Of a DNA stretch of 64,000 bases, positions 58,231-64,000 are shown piece after piece. Under the pieces are notes generated by a model that saw only the letters and a program-made list of their open reading frames with translations, made no database searches and had not been told where the DNA came from. This stretch comes from Thermodesulfobacteriota bacterium (lineage in GTDB: Bacteria; Desulfobacterota_D; UBA1144; Nemesobacterales; Mycalebacteriaceae). The translations under genes were made by a program, and so were the position numbers. Positions within the stretch are counted from its first letter, which is position 1; each line of letters begins with the position of its first letter. The stretch is taken from NCBI GenBank assembly GCA_965198945.1, contig CBDAQI010000001.1:1-64000 (forward strand). Reading direction: 5' to 3'.

Positions 58231-58856
58231 AATTCGGCGAAGTTTTTCAAAATTTTCAAGCCCGCACCGGAGCTCTTTTCGGGATGAAACTGGCAGGCAA
58301 AAACATTGTTTTTTGCCACCGCCGCGGCAAATCTCACCCCGTGCTCGGTTTCAGCGGCGATTATTGAATCGTCATCAGAGTCAACACGGAAAGAGTGCGC
58401 GAAGTAGAACCAGTTCTCATCACTAATTCCACTGAAAAGCGGAGAAGGCTTTTTCAAACAAACCCGGTTCCAGCCCATATGCGGAATTTTAAGCCCCGGC
58501 AAACCGGACGGAAACCTTCGCACCCGACCTCTGAAAATTCCAAGCCCCGGCTCGCCGGGGCTTTCATCACTGTGTTCAAAAAGAATCTGAAGTCCGAGAC
58601 ACATTCCAAGATACGGCCTGCCGCTGTCTATAAAATCCCGAATCGCTCCCGCGGCGCCGGTTTCTTTCAGAGACTGGGAACAGTCACCAAAAGCGGCGAC
58701 GCCGGGAAAAACAAGGCGTTCTGACCCCTCTATGCTTTTCGCATCTGAGATTGCTCTGACTTTGAAGCCGAGAAACCTGAAAGCGTTAAGGACACTTTGC
58801 TGGTTTCCCATTCCATAGTCAAAAACGGTTACTTCCCCGCCGCCGGGTGAGTTCAT
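58212..58856 (-). CDS. hisH: Imidazole glycerol phosphate synthase, glutaminase subunit
   Basis: DYGMGN, LGMCLGLQ, PHMGWN, QFHPEKS. Confidence 0.96.
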   Translation of the reverse strand: MNSPGGGEVTVFDYGMGNQQSVLNAFRFLGFKVRAISDAKSIEGSERLVFPGVAAFGDCSQSLKETGAAGAIRDFIDSGRPYLGMCLGLQILFEHSDESPGEPGLGIFRGRVRRFPSGLPGLKIPHMGWNRVCLKKPSPLFSGISDENWFYFAHSFRVDSDDDSIIAAETEHGVRFAAAVAKNNVFACQFHPEKSSGAGLKILKNFAEFQPSEP

Positions 58857-59446
58857 AACGCGCCCTTTGTCGAGGGAATATCGCCATAGCGATTGTCAAT
58901 GGCCGTTGCGAGGTCAAACGCGCGTCCGCATGATTTGAACATCGCCTCAATGTTGTGGTGCAGATTTTCTCCGCATTCAAGACGTATGTGCAGGTTGCAG
59001 CCCATGTTGTTTGAGAGTGATTTGAAAAACTCACGGGCAAGTTCCGAATCAAAATCTCCCACCTTGGATTTGGGCATATCGGCATTGAACACAAGGCAGG
59101 GTCTTCCGCTTATGTCAACCGCGGTGAAAACAAGCGTGTCTTCAAACGGAACATATGAGTGCGCAAAGCGGACTATGCTTTTTTTCTCTCCGAGCGCTTC
59201 TCTGAAAGCGTTTCCGAGCGCTATGCCGACATCTTCAACCGTGTGATGGAAATCAACCTCGGTGTCGCCGATGGCTTTTATTTTAAGGTCAAAACAGCCG
59301 TGACGCGCAAACTGACACAGCATATGATCAAAAAACGGTATCCCGGTCTTAATATCAAACACACCGGCGCCGTCAACGTTCAAATCAACGCTGACTTTAA
59401 CTTCATTGGTTTTTCTCTCAAAACTCGCTTTTCTTTCCGCAACCAT
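58853..59446 (-). CDS. hisB: Imidazoleglycerol-phosphate dehydratase
   Basis: TGIPFFDHML, DFHHTVED, DISGRP, NLHHNIEA, PSTKG. Confidence 0.97.
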   Translation of the reverse strand: MVAERKASFERKTNEVKVSVDLNVDGAGVFDIKTGIPFFDHMLCQFARHGCFDLKIKAIGDTEVDFHHTVEDVGIALGNAFREALGEKKSIVRFAHSYVPFEDTLVFTAVDISGRPCLVFNADMPKSKVGDFDSELAREFFKSLSNNMGCNLHIRLECGENLHHNIEAMFKSCGRAFDLATAIDNRYGDIPSTKGAL

Positions 59447-59549
59447 ATTGACCGCAATTAAATGAAAAATTCACACTTCCTGAACGTGAGGAAATTAGCT
59501 TAAGGTGAGACATTCAATTCTTACTCAATTTTAACACGGAGGCAGAAAA

Positions 59550-61283
59550 GTGAAACAGTTTTTGAAACTCTTGGGAGTATTTACGGTTTTAGTCCAGACT
59601 CTTGCGGCAACACAAAATTCATGGGCACAGGAACAGCCCGCAGTGGTAAGATGCGAACTGCCGGATTGTAAAGTTACGCCAATTTTTACCGTGGGAGAAA
59701 GCATAGGTCAAAGCAACTATATGCCTCCGGGCCGGCTTGACGGCACCGGCGCATATAAACTGAATAAAAACACCGTCCGCGTTTTTGTAAACCACGAGAT
59801 TTCCAGAAATGATTCCACCGGCTCCAACTATAAAAGGGGAGATAGAACGGGCGTCTTTGAACTTGAAGGGGCGCGTGTTTCCTATTTTGATTTCAACATG
59901 GAAACTCTCAAAGTCTTGGACTCGGGAGTCGCCTTTTCAACAATCTACAACGCATCGGGCAATCCTGTTTCCGATAACAGTTTTTTACCGGTCAACTCAC
60001 GAAATTACGGCTTTGACAAATTTTGTTCGGCGAACTTGTTTGAGCCATTCCGGTTCGGACGGGGGCGGGGGTTTGTGGACCGCATCTTTATGACAAACGA
60101 AGAATCTTCATTGGGTCCCGGAGGAGCTTTCTGGGCTCTTAATCCGGAAGACCGCAGTCTGTGGCACGTATCAGCACTGGGACGCGGGAAATGGGAAAGC
60201 AGCACGCAGCTGGACACCGGATCACCCGATAAGGTGGCTCTGATACTTTCAGATGATGAGTCTCCGTATGATGTGGACAGTGACGGGATAAGGGAATTGG
60301 CGCCCCTATACCTCTATGTGGGCATAAAAGATAAAAGCCCCGACGCCGACTTTCTTGCAAGAAACGGCCTGAGAAATGGAAAAATCTATGTCTGGGTCGC
60401 AGACAACAAATCAAAAAATCCGTCTGATTTCAGAGGCAAAGGGTCGCTGAGCGGCCGTTGGATGGAACTGGATACATCCGGAGGAACACCATCTGAAAAC
60501 GGCGGTTCAGGTTTTGACGAATATGGCAATCCGGGCCAGGTAAAACTCTGAAAAAGAGCCGAAGAAATCGGAGCGTTCGGCTTTTCACGACCCGAAGATG
60601 TGGCGACAAATCCCGAAAACGGAAGGGAAGCCGTGCTTGCCTCAACCGGCAGTTCAAAACTCGGCAGCAACGCCGACAGAGTGGGCACCCTATACACAAT
60701 TAAAACCGACTTTAGAAAAATGACCGGCACATTAAAAATAGTCTACGACGGTGACATGGATCCAAGCAGAAGACTGCGCAGCCCCGACAATCTTGACTGG
60801 ACTGACGACGGATGGATTTATGTGCAGGAAGACATGGCCGCGGACACGGACGATGACGGCAGACCCATTTTCGGCGCCGGTGCGGCAAATCCTTATGAGG
60901 CAAGCATTGTGCGGATAAATCCGGAAAACGGGGAAATTCAGCGCGTAGCGGAGATTGACCGAACTGCGGTATTGGACCCGAGCACCTTTGGAACCGCTTT
61001 TGACCGGTATGATGGGAAGGCGGGCAAATGGGAGACCTCCGGCATTTTGGATGTTTCAACCCTGTTCGGCAGGAAAAAAGGAACACTGTTCATTTTAGAT
61101 GTGCGTGCCCACGGCATTAAAAACCAGAATGATCTCAATGGCGATTCCGAAATAGACGATGAAGGTCTTGTTGAGGGGGGTCAGTTGCTGTTCCTCGACC
61201 TTTCTGCCGACCGCAGCGCAGGCCGGGGTTCTGCCGGAAAACTCACAAACCTTCCCGGAAGCCGTGGACAACGCCTGCCGTAA
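59550..61283 (+). pseudogene. PhoX/DUF839-like exported phosphatase with one in-frame TGA
   Basis: Signal peptide, DG.GA, FVNHE, FCSA, GRGKWE; TGA at 60549-51; the same frame continues FSRPEDVATNP, SPDNLDW, VQED, WETSG, EGGQLL. Confidence 0.82.
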
Positions 61284-61711
61284 CTTGAAACATAGAAGGC
61301 GCAGCGCAACTCTTTGAACGACACGGAAACCGCTGAAAATACTGCCGCCATGCTCACAAAATGACGAAATCAGCGGAGAGGCGCAAAAAACTTCACAATG
61401 AAAAGGGGTGAGCTCTTTGGGGCGGTCGGAGCAGAAATATGGTTTTCAAATATACTGAAATCGGAGACCTGACATAATTGGATAGAAACCACTGTCGTAT
61501 TGGGCAAAGGCGGCTTTGAACCTCCGCATCACATATGAAGCAGAGGTTAAAGAGCTACTGAGCTCATACTCAATGACCGCAAAATTTGGTATTAATCTGT
61601 GAAAGCGTCTTTTTAAGAAACCGTGTAGACAGACCGAGCAATGAGGTTTCAAAGCATGACGCGCCGCAACCGGCCTTACAACAGGCCGTTTTCAACAAAG
61701 CTGTAGTGGCC

Positions 61712-61826
61712 ATGCCGATATCTTCAACGGTGTGATGGAAATCAACCTCGGCGTCGCCGTCAACGTTCAAATCAACGCTGACTTTAACTTCATTGGTTTT
61801 TCTCTCAAAACTCGCTTTTCTTTCCG
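61712..61826 (-). repeat. Partial direct duplicate of the hisB 5' region with an internal 102-nt deletion
   Basis: 61755-61826 is identical to 59368-59439 (72 nt); 61712-61759 matches 59223-59270 at 45/48; joined at the CGCCG microhomology; no start codon. Confidence 0.92.
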
Positions 61827-62224
61827 GAGGTATTGCCAGAAAACTTAACGGAATTGTGGGGATAGGGCAATAACGCTGGAACCTCTAAAACCTATTTTCT
61901 GTAATTCCGTATTTGACATACAGACTCGCTCCTTATTACCGTTTTAGGGTGGAACCGAGTTGCCAAATCTCTGTGAATGCAAAAATCCACGGAAAATAAA
62001 AGGAGGTTTAGATAAACAACAATGGCTTCATACTATGGCGTTTTTTATTTGTATATCAGTTATGACAGTTTCACTTATTGGAATATATTCACTTCTGTTT
62101 AGGGTTCATCAATGGATAATAAACTGTTTCAAATGCTTTAAGGATATTTTGAACCTAAGAATATTAATAGTTCTGTACGTTGCTAATTTATACGAATTTC
62201 TAAAACAAAAAAGCTACAAGGTCT

Positions 62225-63595
62225 TCACATTTTATAAATTAGCATGAAACCATTGAATTGAACTGCTTCAGATACTGACTCATTTACTTCCGTATCTTTA
62301 TCATAGTAGTTAAACTGATGGTATGGTGATTCCAAATCAGTTTTCATCCAATGAAGTTTTTTGTTGTCAGTTCCAATTTTTTCAAAGTAATTTTTGGCAT
62401 ATTGCGGAAGAACGGCGCCATCAGAGTGGATCATCAATGTTGGTTTTTTGAGGTCTGCGGCCGTTGACATAGGATCCGCCGTTAACCAATCTTCCCAGGA
62501 GATTACGGCAAATTCTTTATTACTCCACTCCGGTACTGCACCACGATCAGAGTTGAGATAATAGTCATAAGGACCGTACATTGCGGCAGAGGGATCTTCG
62601 GTAGAAATAGTCGGGATATATTGAACTAGACCGTTTTCAGCATAATCTCTTTTTGCTTTTTTGGCCGCACTCAATTTTTCATTTACTCCTTCTTCTCCGC
62701 CGTAAAAGAGTTTAACGGCTTCGGCGTCATGAAGCCAAGCGGCAACTGTAACAACCGATTGGATTCTATTATCTTCTGCGGTTGCCATAAGAGTATACAT
62801 CCCACCTGCGCAAACCCCGAAGGCTCCAATCCTTGAATCATCTACCTCAGATACGGTTTCTAAGAAAGAAACGGCATTTTTAATGTCTTCCTTTTTAAGA
62901 CTCGGACTCTCATAATATCTCGGTTCTCCTTCACTTTCCCCATAATTCCTGAAGTCGAAAGCTAGCGTAATGAAGCCTTCGTTGGCAAGTTTTTCTGCAT
63001 ATAAACCCGCCATTTGTTCTTTTACCGTAGTCCAACTGCCCGACACTACAATAGCGGGATATTTTCTTGACTTGTCAAAGTTAGGGGGAAAAAACATATT
63101 GCCTACAAGATTAGCGCCTTCGCTATTAAAATTGATTTTCTTCATTTGTATATGTTTATCCTCCATTTTTATTTTATTCAGCAAACCAAAACCACGTGCA
63201 GCCACTATGGGATTGAATATTTCAACATACTCGGTAATCAAACCCTGATCATTGAATTTGAAAGTTGAATAGTATTGATTCTCATATAGTCGTGCGCTAT
63301 TCTTTAACCTGATTTTACCTTTATATTTAACGTAAACAATATTAGGATCTTCCATGGCATAAATTTCTTCAATTGGGAACTCCATTCCATCAAAATTGGA
63401 AAAGACGGGCGCCCAATAATTTCGTATTTCCTCTCTGCCAACTGCGCCGCCGGAAAATATCCCCGATGCGTAAGGATTGATTTGTTCAGCATTATGGGCG
63501 AATAGAGATGCCAAAACCTCCACATTTTCACTTTCCAACGCCTTGAAAAACTTTTTGGCCGTTTCTTTATTTTTAATCGATTTGTCTTTATTCAT
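62225..63595 (-). CDS. SnoaL/NTF2-like domain fused to an alpha/beta hydrolase
   Basis: N-terminal SnoaL-like domain (..YENQY...EYVEIFNP); C-terminal VKEQMAGLYA, FDFRNYGESEG, GVCAGG (Cys nucleophile elbow). AT-rich. Confidence 0.8.
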   Translation of the reverse strand: MNKDKSIKNKETAKKFFKALESENVEVLASLFAHNAEQINPYASGIFSGGAVGREEIRNYWAPVFSNFDGMEFPIEEIYAMEDPNIVYVKYKGKIRLKNSARLYENQYYSTFKFNDQGLITEYVEIFNPIVAARGFGLLNKIKMEDKHIQMKKINFNSEGANLVGNMFFPPNFDKSRKYPAIVVSGSWTTVKEQMAGLYAEKLANEGFITLAFDFRNYGESEGEPRYYESPSLKKEDIKNAVSFLETVSEVDDSRIGAFGVCAGGMYTLMATAEDNRIQSVVTVAAWLHDAEAVKLFYGGEEGVNEKLSAAKKAKRDYAENGLVQYIPTISTEDPSAAMYGPYDYYLNSDRGAVPEWSNKEFAVISWEDWLTADPMSTAADLKKPTLMIHSDGAVLPQYAKNYFEKIGTDNKKLHWMKTDLESPYHQFNYYDKDTEVNESVSEAVQFNGFMLIYKM

Positions 63596-63637
63596 ATGGA
63601 TTTCTATTTTAAAATTTTCTGATTCTTTTTGTCGCCT

Positions 63638-64000
63638 CTATTCTGAGTTGAGCAATCTCTTTATTGCCTTCTCCGATAGTAATGTATTTCCATGCTGATA
63701 TTTGAAATTAAATTTCATTGATGAAATTTTCCAATTATCCGAACCATCTTTTATCAAATCAAAGTCGTAAGTTCCGACCACTACCCATAGGCTGGCTTCA
63801 TTATCTTTTAAATGGTGACTTGCCGTTCCATAACACGACAAATATGCAGCATCCCCTCGGTAGGAGACCTGGAAATTACCTAATTGGTGGTGGGTGGCAT
63901 CAAAACCGGGAAGAATACCCTTCCATGAGGCGATAATTTGTTTGGCTGACATTTTAGCTGCTGGTCTACCATTCATGGATGAATAGTCTAAACTAACTTT
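63638..64000 (-). CDS. SnoaL/NTF2-like protein (5' end beyond the window)
   Basis: Open to the window edge; WKGILPGFDATHHQLGN...ASHHL...WVVVGTY...WKISSM. Confidence 0.8.
   Translation of the reverse strand, partial: KVSLDYSSMNGRPAAKMSAKQIIASWKGILPGFDATHHQLGNFQVSYRGDAAYLSCYGTASHHLKDNEASLWVVVGTYDFDLIKDGSDNWKISSMKFNFKYQHGNTLLSEKAIKRLLNSE

Noticed and set aside
60549..60551. TGA recoded as Trp or Sec (also the TGA at 22838-40)
   Set aside because: Core genes such as lepA, gltX and hisB end at TGA exactly at their expected C-termini, other lesions in the window are TAA, TAG or frameshifts, and no SECIS-like hairpin is evident.
61284..61711. Gene or RNA between the phoX-like gene and the hisB fragment
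   Set aside because: Only short frames and no convincing fold; probably degraded sequence.
61960..62247. 95-aa plus-strand ORF
   Set aside because: TTG start without a clear SD, AT-rich, no recognisable motif, overlaps the end of the convergent gene; probably spurious.

Overview
A 64-kb stretch of a Gram-negative bacterial chromosome using the standard genetic code. Gene content suggests an aerobic, F420-producing, deltaproteobacteria-like lineage; this is inference only, since no marker analysis was possible. Most genes are intact housekeeping or metabolic genes: cofE (partial), a cysteine desulfurase, an RND pair, HU, tsaC, lepA, rpmG-rpmB, fabH, two LLM oxidoreductases, a three-subunit acyl-CoA carboxylase, coaE, gltX, rplM-rpsI-ino1, a sigma-70 factor, SOD, tilS, ihfA, pheT, mnmE, pabBC, leuA, tRNA-Gln(CTG), slt and hisBH. 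Accessory DNA occurs in three places. (1) An AT-richer island at 22.8-27.4 kb (DenV-like, Fic, two DNA methyltransferases, a restriction endonuclease) in which every gene carries a lesion. (2) An intact Nmad2-Nmad3 gene pair plus a BrnT/BrnA toxin-antitoxin module between coaE and the carboxylase operon. (3) A broken PhoX-like gene, a partial hisB duplicate and an AT-rich SnoaL/hydrolase cassette at the right end. The most striking unexplained signals are non-coding. One is a ~180-nt two-state leader (39524-39702, minus strand) in which one strand pairs either with the transcript 5' end or with the ribosome-binding site of an outer-membrane protein gene. The other is a ~70-nt three-way-junction RNA with complementary loops (50048-50125), next to a parS site and a DnaA-box cluster (candidate oriC).
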